A DNA stretch of 64,000 bases, taken from positions 7,127 to 71,126 of the forward strand of contig CAZFES010000001.1 in the NCBI GenBank assembly GCA_964517335.1, written 5' to 3'. The translations under genes and the position numbers were made by a program. This DNA is from an uncultured Polyangiaceae bacterium. GTDB taxonomy: Bacteria; Myxococcota_A; Polyangia; Polyangiales; Polyangiaceae. Of this stretch, positions 31,634 to 48,177 are shown in pieces. The notes under the pieces are model-generated. The model was not told where the DNA came from. It worked only from the letters and a program-made list of their open reading frames with translations, and did no database searches. Every line of letters starts with the position of its first letter. Within the stretch, counting starts at the first letter, position 1.

Positions 31634-33178
31634 GTGAGCCGCGCGCACAAGGCCTATCGCCAGGCGATGGCCATCTGGAGTGGGTGGATCGCCGTGCACC
31701 TGGCGGCACTGTTCACCATGGCGCTGCTGCTCGAGCCGGGCATGGACGCGTCGCGCAGCGCCGCCGAGCGCGCGGCCTACATCGCCGGCCATCCGTGGCG
31801 CTGGCGGCTGGGCTGGGTGCCCTGGCAGCTCAGCGCGCTGATCGACATCGCCATGTCCATCGCGCTGTGCCGCTGGCTGGCGGCGCGCGGCGGGCGGGCT
31901 GTGGGCTGGGCCTACGCGGGGCTCGCCCTGACGGCCCTCGCCGTGGTGCCCGACCAGTGGGGCGAATGGCGGATGATCACCGATCAGCTCGCCGCGGCCA
32001 CGGCCGGCGACCTGGCGGCCTACGTCGCCATCGAGCGCTGGACGCTGTTGCTGACCGGCACCTACGGATCGAGCGGCTACTTGCTGATGATCGGCGCATG
32101 GATGCTCGCGCTGGCGGGCGCGCGGCCGGGCGAGGCCGCCACCGGGGTGATGGCCAAGCTGGGGATCGCCGCGATGGTGCCGTTCATCGCCTCGGCGCTG
32201 GTCATCACGCGCGCGGTGCAGACGCCTGCGCTCGAGGGCATGCAGCTGCTCGTCGCCCTCAACGGGATCGCGTTCGCGGTGCTCATGCTGTGGTCGCTGT
32301 CGGTCGCGGTGGTGATGGGACGCATCCATCGCGGCGATCACCCCGCGAGCGACGCCGCGCTCCAGCGCGGTCGCTGGCCGCGGCGCGGATGGTTCGCGCC
32401 GCTGCTCGACGCGCTGTTCGAGCCGGGGCTGCGCGATGTGCTGCGGCCGCTGCCCTTCGTGGAGCTGCGGAGCGACATCCGCGACGTCGTCTACCTCAAC
32501 TGGATGGTCCCCTGCGAGCGCGTCGAGCGCCTGTTGCCTGCGCCCCTGGCGCTGCGCCGCTTCGGCGACCGCACGCCGCTGTCGATCCTCAGCTACCGGC
32601 ACGGCGGATTCGGACCGGCGTTGTCGGGTCCGTTGCGCAAGCGCTTGCCGTCGCCGCTCCAGAGCAACTGGCGGCTGTACCTCGAGGGTCAGGACGCCAT
32701 CTACTTCGTCAAGACCGTGCTGAGCTCCGCGGTGCACGTGATCGGCAGCCGCTGGCTCGCCGACGGGCTGCCGGCCCATCTCCCGCTTCGATTCGAGCAC
32801 CGGCGCGAAGGCCGGCGCATCGAGACGCACATCGTGCCCGGAGACAGCAACGCTCCCGATCTGCAGGTCGCCGTCGTCGAGCAAGACCAGTGGACGTTGC
32901 CGCCACAATTCGCCGAGCGCTTCGCCGATCGCGAGGCGGCCATCGCCTACCTGGTGCGCCAGAACGGCGCCGTGTCGTCGCAGCCGGCGCTCGGCGCCGT
33001 GATCGGCTCGGCCATCGACATCCCCATCGACGAGGCCAGTGTGCGGCCGGCCGCGGTGGACGGCGCGGTGCACAGCGCCTGGCTGGCCGAGCTCGTCGAA
33101 GGCTGTGAGGTGCTCGCTTTCGTGGTGCCGGAGGTGCCCTTCCGCGCGCTGGGCGAGCATGAAATGGCTGCGTCGTGA
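31634..33178 (+). CDS. Membrane-domain protein with C-terminal DUF2071-like domain
   Basis: The N-terminal approx 250 aa have 6-7 helices. The C-terminal half (VELRSDIRDVVYLNWMVPCERVERLLPAPL...LSILSYRH...NWRLYLEG) resembles DUF2071. GTG at 31634 or ATG at 31667. Confidence 0.6.
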   Translation: MSRAHKAYRQAMAIWSGWIAVHLAALFTMALLLEPGMDASRSAAERAAYIAGHPWRWRLGWVPWQLSALIDIAMSIALCRWLAARGGRAVGWAYAGLALTALAVVPDQWGEWRMITDQLAAATAGDLAAYVAIERWTLLLTGTYGSSGYLLMIGAWMLALAGARPGEAATGVMAKLGIAAMVPFIASALVITRAVQTPALEGMQLLVALNGIAFAVLMLWSLSVAVVMGRIHRGDHPASDAALQRGRWPRRGWFAPLLDALFEPGLRDVLRPLPFVELRSDIRDVVYLNWMVPCERVERLLPAPLALRRFGDRTPLSILSYRHGGFGPALSGPLRKRLPSPLQSNWRLYLEGQDAIYFVKTVLSSAVHVIGSRWLADGLPAHLPLRFEHRREGRRIETHIVPGDSNAPDLQVAVVEQDQWTLPPQFAERFADREAAIAYLVRQNGAVSSQPALGAVIGSAIDIPIDEASVRPAAVDGAVHSAWLAELVEGCEVLAFVVPEVPFRALGEHEMAAS

Positions 33179-33404
33179 TCCTGCGCCCGCGTCATCACAC
33201 ATCGGACGACCACGAGCGACACAGCACTACCCTCCTCCAAATCCGCGCCTCGCGAGCGACGCGGAGGTGGCACCGAGCGGATGGAGACTTTATCTTTCCA
33301 TCGTGGCTGGACGTCGCAGCGTCATTCTCCTGCTCTCGAACTACGCGTGCGACGTGGCACAACGCGGCGCCGAGCGGCTGTACTTCAACTGCAACGGGCT
33401 GGTG

Positions 33405-33841
33405 ATGACGGCGATCCTCGCCATCGGCTCGGTGATCGCGGTGCTGGCCGTCGTGGCGTTCTGGCTGCTGGTCTCGTACGGCGGCGACTCGGATCAGGGA
33501 TTGCTCGGCAGCTTGCTCGGGCTGTCCATGGCGGTGTGGTCGGGTCACCTGGCCCTCAGCCGTTACCGCCGCCACGGCCGCTTCGAGATCGACGCCGAGC
33601 AAGGCGTGCTGCGCCGCTTCCGCGCCGGGCGCATGACCAGCGAGTTTCATCTGTCGCAGATCACCCGCGTGTGGCTGGCCATCGACGCCACCGACGGGCT
33701 CAGCCTGAGCGGCCCACCGTCGTGGCTGCAGGTGTTGCTCGACACCGGTGAAGTGTTCCGTCTCGCCAAGGGCTCGCAGAAGGAGCTCGAGCCGGTGTGC
33801 GAAGCGATGCGTGGCCTCGGCCTCGCGCCCACCGCGCTCGG

Positions 33842-33848
<7 letters not shown>
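33405..33848 (+). CDS. Small membrane protein, unknown function
   Basis: ATG 33405 gives MTAILAIGSVIAVLAVVAFWLLV, followed by a second helix and a soluble tail. It is preceded by a 226-bp lower-GC non-coding region. Confidence 0.5.
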
Positions 33849-35602
<1,754 letters not shown>

Positions 35603-35603
35603 G

Positions 35604-37520
35604 TCAGCTCCGCGGGCGCTTGCGCCGCCGGCGCTTGGGCCCGCTGACCATGTAGCGCGGCAGCGCGCCCTTGCCCGTCGCGGGCGGCACCAGCTTGCCG
35701 ATGAGATCCGCGCGCCCGGCCTTCTTCAACGCCTCGCGCGCGTCGTCGTGGTGGGCGGGGTCCCAATACAACAGCAGCGCCTTCTGGAGGCGCTTTTCGC
35801 GGAGCGTCTTGGCGCTGTACACGGGTTTGCGCGTGAACGGGTCGAGGCCCGTGTAGTACATCGACGTGGCCATGGCCATCGGGGTGGGGATGAAGTCCTG
35901 CACCTGACGGGGACGCATCTGGCGCGCCGCGAGCCACTGCGCCAGCGCCACCATGTCCTTCAGCGTCGAGCCGGGGTGGCCGGAGATGAAGTACGGCACC
36001 AGGTGCTGCTCCTTGCCGGCGTCCTGGCTCGCGCACTGGAACTGCTCGACGAATCGCTCGTAGCTACCGATGGCGGGCTTCTTCATCTTGTCGAGCACCT
36101 CGGGGTCGTTGTGCTCGGGCGCGACGCTGAGCTGTCCGCCGGTGTGATGATGCGCCAGCTCGCGGATGAACGCGGGCGATCGCTCCGCCAGGTCGTAGCG
36201 GATCCCCGAGGCGATGTAGGTGTGCTCGATGCCGTCTTCTTTGCGCACGCGCTTCATCAGCCGGATGAGCGGCTCGTGATCGGTGACGAGGTTGTCGCAA
36301 ATCTTCGGGTGTACACACGACAGCAGGCGGCAGGCGCGCTCGATGTCGGGTGACTTGCAGCGCATCTGGTACATGTTGGCCGTCGGCCCGCCGAGGTCGC
36401 TGATGGTCCCGCGGAAGCCGTCCATGCGGCGCAGCGCGCGGATCTCGCGCAGCACGCTGCTCTCCGAGCGCGATTGGATGATGCGCCCCTCGTGCTCGGT
36501 GATGGAGCAGAAGGTGCAGCCGCCGAAGCAGCCGCGCATCGTCACCACCGAGTGCTTCACCGTCTCGTACGCCGGGATGGGCTCGCGGTAGCTGTGGTGC
36601 GGCACCCGCGCGAACGGCAGATCGTACAGCGCATCCATCTCCTCGGTGTCGAGCGGAAGCGCCGGCGGGTTGTAGTACACCGCCTCGACGCCGTGCGGCT
36701 GGATCAGGGGTCGCGCATTGCCCGGGTTGGTCTCGACCTGAAAAGCGCGCGACATCTCGCTGAACGCCTCGCGGCTCTGACACACTTGCTCGTAGCTCGG
36801 CAACACCACCGGCTTGCCGTCCGGCACGTACCGCGAACGCTCGACGCGCTCCCAGCTACCCTTGGGCATCACGAAGGCGGTGCCGCGGATGTCGCGCAAC
36901 GCTTCGAGCGGCTCGCCGTCGCGCACGCGGCGCGCGATCTCCCAGGCGGGTCGCTCACCCATCCCGAACACCAGCAGATCGGCTTTGCTGTCGAGCAGGA
37001 TGGAGCGCCGGACGTTGTCGGACCAGTAGTCGTAGTGCGCGATGCGGCGGAGCGACGCCTCGATGCCGCCGATCACGATGGGCAACCCCGGGAAGGCCTG
37101 CCGGCACAGGTTGGCGTACACGATGGTGGCCCGGTTCGGCCGGCAGTTGCTGCGGCCGCCAGGCGAGTACTGGTCCTCGTTGCGCACCTTTTTTTGCGCC
37201 GTCAGCTTGTTGAGCATCGAGTCGAGGTTGCCGGCGCTGATCCCCACGTAGAGGCGCGGGCGGCCGAGCCGGAGGATGTCGCCCGTGTGCGTCCACGCGG
37301 GCTGCGCAATCATCCCGACGCGGAAGCCGCGCGCCTCGAGAAAGCGCCCGATGAGCGCGGGTCCGAACGCCGGGTGATCCACGTAGGCGTCGCCGCTGAT
37401 GATCAACACGTCGAGCGCGTCCCAGCCGCGCGCCTGCATCTCGGCGCGCGAGGTCGGCAAGAAGCGCCGCAGATCGACGGCGGGCGCGTGCCGGTTGCGA
37501 CGGAGCGACACCACGGACAT
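35604..37520 (-). CDS. ygiQ: YgiQ-family radical SAM protein (UPF0313)
   Basis: N-terminus FLPTSRAEMQARGWDALDVLIISGDAYVDHPAFG. Radical-SAM cluster motif RGCFGGCTFCSI. Basic C-terminal tail. The stop is 1 nt before the uup ATG. Confidence 0.85.
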   Translation of the reverse strand: MSVVSLRRNRHAPAVDLRRFLPTSRAEMQARGWDALDVLIISGDAYVDHPAFGPALIGRFLEARGFRVGMIAQPAWTHTGDILRLGRPRLYVGISAGNLDSMLNKLTAQKKVRNEDQYSPGGRSNCRPNRATIVYANLCRQAFPGLPIVIGGIEASLRRIAHYDYWSDNVRRSILLDSKADLLVFGMGERPAWEIARRVRDGEPLEALRDIRGTAFVMPKGSWERVERSRYVPDGKPVVLPSYEQVCQSREAFSEMSRAFQVETNPGNARPLIQPHGVEAVYYNPPALPLDTEEMDALYDLPFARVPHHSYREPIPAYETVKHSVVTMRGCFGGCTFCSITEHEGRIIQSRSESSVLREIRALRRMDGFRGTISDLGGPTANMYQMRCKSPDIERACRLLSCVHPKICDNLVTDHEPLIRLMKRVRKEDGIEHTYIASGIRYDLAERSPAFIRELAHHHTGGQLSVAPEHNDPEVLDKMKKPAIGSYERFVEQFQCASQDAGKEQHLVPYFISGHPGSTLKDMVALAQWLAARQMRPRQVQDFIPTPMAMATSMYYTGLDPFTRKPVYSAKTLREKRLQKALLLYWDPAHHDDAREALKKAGRADLIGKLVPPATGKGALPRYMVSGPKRRRRKRPRS

Positions 37521-37713
37521 GGGCCGACAAGGTAGCACTCCGGTGCGTCGGATTTCCGTCTGCGCGTCAGGCGTTACGCACCTGCCACGTCATTTCCAGC
37601 GCTTGCATGGGCATGCGGCTTGCTCGTGATCTGGAGGTCCACTTTTCAGGAGCGAAAACATGCACAAGAACTTGGCCCGTCGTATGTCCCATCGCTCAGT
37701 CTCAGGAGGTCGC

Positions 37714-38061
37714 ATGATCAACGCGAGAGGCTTCGTCGAGGAAGTTGTCGCCCGAACCGGCGCACAGGACCGCGAAGCGGTCGCCCGGACGGTCGCCGCC
37801 ACGCTCGCGGTGCTCGGCCGGCGGCTGCGGCCGGTGGACGCCCGCGCGGTCGCCGCGCGCCTCGACGCGAGCCTCGCGGCGCACCTGTTGGAAAGCGCAC
37901 ACGCCGACCTCGAGGCGGCGGAGGTGTTGCGGCGGCTGAGCCTGGCCGGGGACGCCGGGCGCATCGCCCGCGCGACCTGCCGGCTGCTCGCCGAATCGCT
38001 CGACGAGCAAGCGCGCGCGCAGCTGCGCATGCACGACCTGCGGCCGCTGTTGCAGGGATGA
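37714..38061 (+). CDS. DUF2267-like protein
   Basis: MINARGFVEEVVARTGAQDREAVARTVAATLAVLGRRL plus a second similar helix pair. GGAGG lies 4 nt upstream of 37714. An in-frame ATG at 37660 also has an AGGAG. Confidence 0.6.
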   Translation: MINARGFVEEVVARTGAQDREAVARTVAATLAVLGRRLRPVDARAVAARLDASLAAHLLESAHADLEAAEVLRRLSLAGDAGRIARATCRLLAESLDEQARAQLRMHDLRPLLQG

Positions 38062-38118
38062 CCCGCGGCAGGGCGGATCTCCCACCGCGGTGACGTGGGA
38101 TGTGCTAGCAGGCACCGC

Positions 38119-38823
38119 ATGTCGTCGTTGATCCTCATCGTCGAAGATGAACGCGATCTGCTGAGCACCCTGGATTACAACCTGCGGCGCGAGGGCTACC
38201 AGACACGCTGCGCCGAGACGGGGCGCCAGGCGATCGAGCTGGCCAACCAGCGGCCCCTTCCCGATCTGATCCTGCTCGACCTGATGCTGCCGGACATCAG
38301 CGGCACCGAAGTGTGCCGCACGCTGCGCAGCATCGACCAGCTCGGGCGCGTGCCGGTGGTGATGCTGACGGCCAAGACGGACGAGATCGACCGCGTCGTC
38401 GGCTTCGAGGTAGGCGCGGACGACTACGTGTCCAAGCCCTTCAGCGTTCGCGAGCTCGTGTTGCGCATCCGAGCCATCCTGCGCCGCACCCATCCGCCCG
38501 AAGCGCCCAGCGAGTCGCTGCAGCTCGGCAAGCTGCGCCTCGACGCATCCGCCCACCGCTGTTTCGTCGACGACGAAGAGATCGCGCTCACCGCGCTCGA
38601 GTTCAAGCTGCTGTGGACGCTGATGCAACGCCGCGGCCGCGTGCAGACCCGCGACGTGCTCCTCACCGACGTGTGGGGCGTGTCGACGGTCGTCACCACG
38701 CGCACCGTCGACACCCACGTCAAGCGCCTGCGCCAGAAAATCGGCCCGGCGGGGGAGTACCTCGAGACGCTGCGCGGCGTCGGGTATCGCTTTCGGAGCG
38801 AGCCGGTCGAGGACGTGGCTTGA
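38119..38823 (+). CDS. phoB: PhoB/OmpR-family response regulator
   Basis: Receiver domain (ILIVEDERDL...LLDLMLPDISG...LTAKTDE..DDYVSKPF) followed by a winged helix (LTALEFKLLWTL...RGVGYRF). The phoB assignment rests on the partner kinase and the phosphatase-rich neighbourhood. Confidence 0.7.
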   Translation: MSSLILIVEDERDLLSTLDYNLRREGYQTRCAETGRQAIELANQRPLPDLILLDLMLPDISGTEVCRTLRSIDQLGRVPVVMLTAKTDEIDRVVGFEVGADDYVSKPFSVRELVLRIRAILRRTHPPEAPSESLQLGKLRLDASAHRCFVDDEEIALTALEFKLLWTLMQRRGRVQTRDVLLTDVWGVSTVVTTRTVDTHVKRLRQKIGPAGEYLETLRGVGYRFRSEPVEDVA

Positions 38824-40148
38824 GTGAGGGACGGCGTATCCGCGTCTTCGCCGCGTCGTCGGCGCTGCTCATCGCGGCGGGATGGATCGCCACCAGCTCC
38901 TTCGAGCTCGCGCCGCGTCACGACGCCTCCTGGCTGATCGTCGCCGGCGCTGCGCTGCTGCTCGCAGGCGCTTCGTCGTGGTGGCTCGAGCGCGTGCTGG
39001 CGCATCCGCCGGATCCGCGCGCCGAGCGCTCATCGCGCCCGCCAGGGGCGCACGGCGAGGTCGTGCTCGACGAGCTGGCGGACGAGCGCGACCGACTCGA
39101 GACCATCCTCGAGCGCATGGACGACGCGGTCCTCGCCCTCGACCAGTCCGACCGCATCACCATGGCCAACGACGCGGCGTTCTCGCTGCTCGACTTCGAC
39201 GACGACGACGTCGATCGCCCGCTGCTCGACGCCGTGCCGGTCCCCCAGCTGCTCGAGCTGGCGCAGGCGTGCCAGCGGCGTCCGAACCGCAAGGCGTCCG
39301 CCGAGTTTCAGCTGCCCAAGCCGCCGCACTACCAGGTGCTCGCCAAGGCGGCGCCGCTCAAGCGCATGGGTGGCTGCGTGATCGTCATCCAAGACGTGAC
39401 CGACATGCGGCGGCTCGAGCGGATGCGCCGCGACTTCGTGGCCAACGTGTCACACGAGCTGCGCACGCCCGTCAGCGTGATCCGCGCCAACGCCGAGACG
39501 CTGCTGGATGGAGGCCTCGGCGACGAGACGCGCGCGCCCTCCTTCGTGGAAGCGATCCTGCGCAACTCCGAGCGCCTCAGCGATCTGATGCGCGACTTGC
39601 TGGATCTGTCGCGCATCGAGGCAGGCAAGCTCGAGATCGACATCAAGCCGCTGTCGGTCCACGACGCGGCCCACACCGTCGCAGACAGCGTCGCGCTGCG
39701 GGCCGCCGATCGCGGCGTGTCGATCCACAACGAGGTCGACCCCGCGGTGCAGGTGATGGCCGATCGCACCGCGCTCGTTCAGATCCTGCAGAACCTCGTC
39801 GACAACGCGGTCAAGTATGCGGTCCACGACGTGACGCTGCGCGCCGTCGACAGCGCCGAGCGCGTGCGGATCGAGGTGGAGGACGACGGGCCGGGCATCG
39901 CGCCGCAACATCGCCAGCGGGTCTTCGAGCGCTTCTATCGCGTCGACGCCGGCCGCTCCCGCGAGCTCGGCGGCACCGGCCTGGGGCTGGCGATCGTGAA
40001 GCATGCCAGCGAACAGATGCGCGGCAGCGTCGGCGTGCGCCCGGGCCCGGCACGGGGCTCCATCTTCTGGGTGGAGCTTCCCGGCGTGCCGCCCGCCGAA
40101 GCGGCGCGGTCCGATCAGCGACCCCGGCGCGTCCAGAAGCCCGCGTAG
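38820..40148 (+). CDS. phoR: PhoR-like sensor histidine kinase (2 TM, PAS, HisKA, HATPase_c)
   Basis: TTG start at 38820 overlaps the regulator stop (TTGA). PAS segment LETILERMDDAVLALDQSDRITMAN. The H-box RRDFVANVSHELRTPVSVI is PhoR-like. Also DNAVKY, DDGPGI and GGTGLGLAIV boxes. Confidence 0.75.
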   Translation: MSEGRRIRVFAASSALLIAAGWIATSSFELAPRHDASWLIVAGAALLLAGASSWWLERVLAHPPDPRAERSSRPPGAHGEVVLDELADERDRLETILERMDDAVLALDQSDRITMANDAAFSLLDFDDDDVDRPLLDAVPVPQLLELAQACQRRPNRKASAEFQLPKPPHYQVLAKAAPLKRMGGCVIVIQDVTDMRRLERMRRDFVANVSHELRTPVSVIRANAETLLDGGLGDETRAPSFVEAILRNSERLSDLMRDLLDLSRIEAGKLEIDIKPLSVHDAAHTVADSVALRAADRGVSIHNEVDPAVQVMADRTALVQILQNLVDNAVKYAVHDVTLRAVDSAERVRIEVEDDGPGIAPQHRQRVFERFYRVDAGRSRELGGTGLGLAIVKHASEQMRGSVGVRPGPARGSIFWVELPGVPPAEAARSDQRPRRVQKPA

Positions 40149-41203
40149 CGCGGCGGCTGGCCGGGCCCGGCGTAGTCCACCCAGTAGGTCCATTGCTCGC
40201 GCACGTCGAGGTGCACGAAGTGCGAGTTGGGGTAATAGCCCACCCCGACGCCGTCGAGACTCTTCAGATAGTCGCGCAGCACCTCGTTGGGCACGCCGAC
40301 CACGATGAAGTCGATGGCCTTGCCGTGACGGTGGCGCGAGCCGCGCGAGGTGTCGCCGAGGCGGTAGCCGCTGACGACCTTGATCTCGCGCCCGCCGAAG
40401 GTGTTGCTGACCTGGGTCACCAGCTGGATCAGCCGCGGATCGATCTCGATGGTCTCGCCGTCGCTGGTAGCGAGCACGCGCTTGAACGCGTCACGGGCGA
40501 CTTTGCGCGGGTTGCCCTTCTTGGTGAGCGTCACGCCGGACCAGCTGCGTCCCTTGCGGCCGACGAAGGTCACCCGGTCCTTGTGCGCCGGCTTGCGGGC
40601 GTAGGCGCGCCAGCTCTTGTTCGACGAATCGCCGGCGGGCTCTTCTTCTGCGGGCGGTCCGCGGTCGAGCCATTGGCGGCTGCGCGACCCGTCGGGATCG
40701 TCTGCGGCGGGAATGAGCAGCTGCTGCCCGGGAATGATCGGCGCCTTCTTGCTGATCTCGTTGGCCCGCTCGATCGCCGCGACGCTCACGTTGTAGCGCT
40801 TGGCGATCATGCCGAGGTGCTGACCCTTGTAGACGGTGTGCCAGCGCACGCCGTCCCTGCCCGGCCGCGTGTCGGCGCGCTGCTTTCGCTTGCGATCGCC
40901 CCTTTTCTTGCCCGCCTGTCCATCGCGCCAGGCATCGCAGGCATCGCGCGTGGCGCTGCCGTCTTCGTCCGACCGAGGCGGAATGCACAAGCGCTGCCCG
41001 GGACGAATCGGCTCGCGCTTGTCGAGCCGGTTGGCGGCGCGCAGCGCGTCGACGGTGACGTTGTAGCGCTTGGCGATCTTGCCCAGCGTCTGCTTGGCGT
41101 AGACGAGGTGTGTCTTCGGCTTGGCAGCCGCCATCGACGGCGCCCACAGCAAGGCCACGGACAAGGCCAAGGCTAACAGGCGGGCGGTGGCTCGTCGTCG
41201 CAT
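40115..41203 (-). CDS. Secreted 2x LysM plus peptidase M15/YcbK(DUF882)-like cell-wall protein
   Basis: Signal peptide. Two LysM repeats (YAKQTLGKIAKRYNVTVDALRAANRL...GQRLCIP and YKGQHLGMIAKRYNVSVAAIERANEI..GQQLLIP). The C-terminal SGYR...SRHRHGKAIDF...HFVHLDV motif is a Zn D,D-peptidase-like H-D-H arrangement. Confidence 0.75.
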   Translation of the reverse strand: MRRRATARLLALALSVALLWAPSMAAAKPKTHLVYAKQTLGKIAKRYNVTVDALRAANRLDKREPIRPGQRLCIPPRSDEDGSATRDACDAWRDGQAGKKRGDRKRKQRADTRPGRDGVRWHTVYKGQHLGMIAKRYNVSVAAIERANEISKKAPIIPGQQLLIPAADDPDGSRSRQWLDRGPPAEEEPAGDSSNKSWRAYARKPAHKDRVTFVGRKGRSWSGVTLTKKGNPRKVARDAFKRVLATSDGETIEIDPRLIQLVTQVSNTFGGREIKVVSGYRLGDTSRGSRHRHGKAIDFIVVGVPNEVLRDYLKSLDGVGVGYYPNSHFVHLDVREQWTYWVDYAGPGQPPRYAGFWTRRGR

Positions 41204-41205
41204 CG

Positions 41206-42891
41206 CTAGCGCTCGGCGTGGATGTCGGTGGCGATCCCAGGCAGCGGCTTCCCGCCCATGTGCGCCGGGATCGGGATGTCCAGCAAGCGCGCCACGGTGG
41301 GCGCGACGCGCAGCTGCGACAGCTCCTCGTCATGCTTGGCCTGGGGCACGCCCGGTCCCCACACCACCACCGGCACGAAGCGGTCGGCCTTCCAGGGCGT
41401 GCCGTGGGTAGTGCCGGCGCCGCGCGGGCGCCCCTCGTCGTTGACCCAACCGTCGGCGTTGAGGACGTAGAGGTCGCCCGGCGTATCGTCGGCGATGCTC
41501 AGACCGACGGCGCGCTCGATGCGATCGGCGCTCTGCCGCAAACGGCCGGCCGCGCGCGCGTCGAACACGCGGTGGATGCCCGGGTGCTTCTCGAGCGCGT
41601 CGCTGACGGCCTTCACCAAGGCATCTCGCGTGTCGCCGGCGGCGCCGGAGAACACGATGAAGGGGCGGACGTAGCCGACCACCAGGCTGTCGTCGCCGGC
41701 GGCGGCCTTGGCGGCGCGCTTGGCGGTCTCGACGATCTCCTCCTCGTAGAGGCGCCCGCCGCCATGCGGGTTCTGCGGCGGCAGCGGCATCACGCCGTGG
41801 TCGGAGGTGATCAGCACCGCGATCTCGCCGCGGTCCTTCTCCAGCGCGTCGAACAGCGCCCCGAGCGCGAGATCGACGCGGATCAAGTGGTCGAGGTACT
41901 CCCAGGAGTCCGGTCCGAAGCTGTGGCCCGTGTAGTCGGTGCCCGACACCGACAGCGCCAGCAGGTCGACGACCTCGTCGCGGCCCATGGCGAGCTGATC
42001 GGCGCATAGCTTGGCGAGCTCGACGGTGTACTCGCTGAGCTGCGGGAACAGCCGCAGCATGCCGTGAGGATCCGGCGTCTTGTTCGGGTCGTAAGGAAAG
42101 GTGCTGCCGAGCTTCATGTAGTCGCCGCCTTCGCCCTCGCCGGCGTCCGGTCCGGCGGCGCGCGCGAGCAGCGCAGGGTCACGCGGTGTCCACGGGACCA
42201 TGATCGACGAGATGGGATGCGCCTCCATCCACCCGCCCAGCCACGACGGCAGCGCTTGGCTGTAGAAGGTCGAGGTGGTGAAGCCGGGAATGGCGTGGTC
42301 GTACCAGACGGCCAGATCGGCCTGCTTGCCGCCGAGCAGGATGGCCGCGCGATCCTTGCCGGACACCGACACCACCAGCGACTTGTCGCCGGTGTGGCGC
42401 TCGAGCTCGTCTCCGAGCGCCGGCACGCGCAGCACGATGGGCGCCGCAGTACGTCCGGGATGGCCGATGACCTCGTGCTCCCCGTCGCTGATGAAGGGGA
42501 CCTCCTTGCCGGTCTTGGCGTCGTAGATGCTGTTCGACGTCACGCCGTTCTGCCAGGGCGGCGCGCCGGTGATGATGGCCGCGTGGCCGGGCGCCGTGCT
42601 GGTGTTGGCGTAGTCGAAGCCGACGTTGGCGAAATAGCTGCCGCGCGCGACGCCTCGGCGAAACGCGCCATTCTCGGGCAGGAAGGGCAGATACTTTGCC
42701 AGGGTCGCGCTGCCGAGCTGATCGATGACCACCAGCACCACCAGCTTGGCCCGCCGGCTGGGGGTGGCCGCGACGGCGGCGGGCGCGGGCGCGGCCGGGG
42801 TGGTCGCCAGCGGCGGAACGGGCGGCGGCCCGCCCGCGCTCGGACAGCACCCCGACAGCGCGCACAGCAGAGCGACGAAACCTCTCCTCAT
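41206..42891 (-). CDS. Alkaline phosphatase-superfamily lipoprotein (nucleotide pyrophosphatase/phosphodiesterase-like)
   Basis: MRRGFVALLCALSGCC carries a lipobox. Motifs: VVIDQLG, NTSTAPGHAAIITG (nucleophile Thr context), SDHG. The stop is 2 nt before the LysM gene start. Confidence 0.8.
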   Translation of the reverse strand: MRRGFVALLCALSGCCPSAGGPPPVPPLATTPAAPAPAAVAATPSRRAKLVVLVVIDQLGSATLAKYLPFLPENGAFRRGVARGSYFANVGFDYANTSTAPGHAAIITGAPPWQNGVTSNSIYDAKTGKEVPFISDGEHEVIGHPGRTAAPIVLRVPALGDELERHTGDKSLVVSVSGKDRAAILLGGKQADLAVWYDHAIPGFTTSTFYSQALPSWLGGWMEAHPISSIMVPWTPRDPALLARAAGPDAGEGEGGDYMKLGSTFPYDPNKTPDPHGMLRLFPQLSEYTVELAKLCADQLAMGRDEVVDLLALSVSGTDYTGHSFGPDSWEYLDHLIRVDLALGALFDALEKDRGEIAVLITSDHGVMPLPPQNPHGGGRLYEEEIVETAKRAAKAAAGDDSLVVGYVRPFIVFSGAAGDTRDALVKAVSDALEKHPGIHRVFDARAAGRLRQSADRIERAVGLSIADDTPGDLYVLNADGWVNDEGRPRGAGTTHGTPWKADRFVPVVVWGPGVPQAKHDEELSQLRVAPTVARLLDIPIPAHMGGKPLPGIATDIHAER

Positions 42892-42927
42892 GACGGGCCG
42901 TACCTTAGCGACGCAGCCGCGCGCCGA

Positions 42928-46890
<3,963 letters not shown>

Positions 46891-46958
46891 GGGATCCGAC
46901 CCTCTATCTCAAGATGGGCTCCGGCACACCCGTGAAGCGCCATCGACCCCCCGCGCCG

Positions 46959-48119
<1,161 letters not shown>

Positions 48120-48177
48120 GCGCCGCGTAAGGTAACACGCGGCACGGCGCAGGCGCGGTCGCTAACGAAACTTCACA

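Noticed and set aside
37660-37713. Longer DUF2267 start at 37660 (MHKNLARRMSHRSVSGGR...) with its own AGGAG
   Set aside because: The extension is basic and Ser-rich and unlike the DUF2267 N-terminus. The ATG at 37714 has a GGAGG at ideal spacing and begins the conserved helix. The longer form is kept only as an alternative.
38080-38100. Palindrome TCCCAC-CGCGGTGAC-GTGGGA / CACCGCGGTG between the DUF2267 gene and the phoB-like gene
   Set aside because: It is short and GC-rich, centred on CCGCGG, and such palindromes occur by chance at this base composition. It could be a weak terminator or operator, but I have no supporting evidence.
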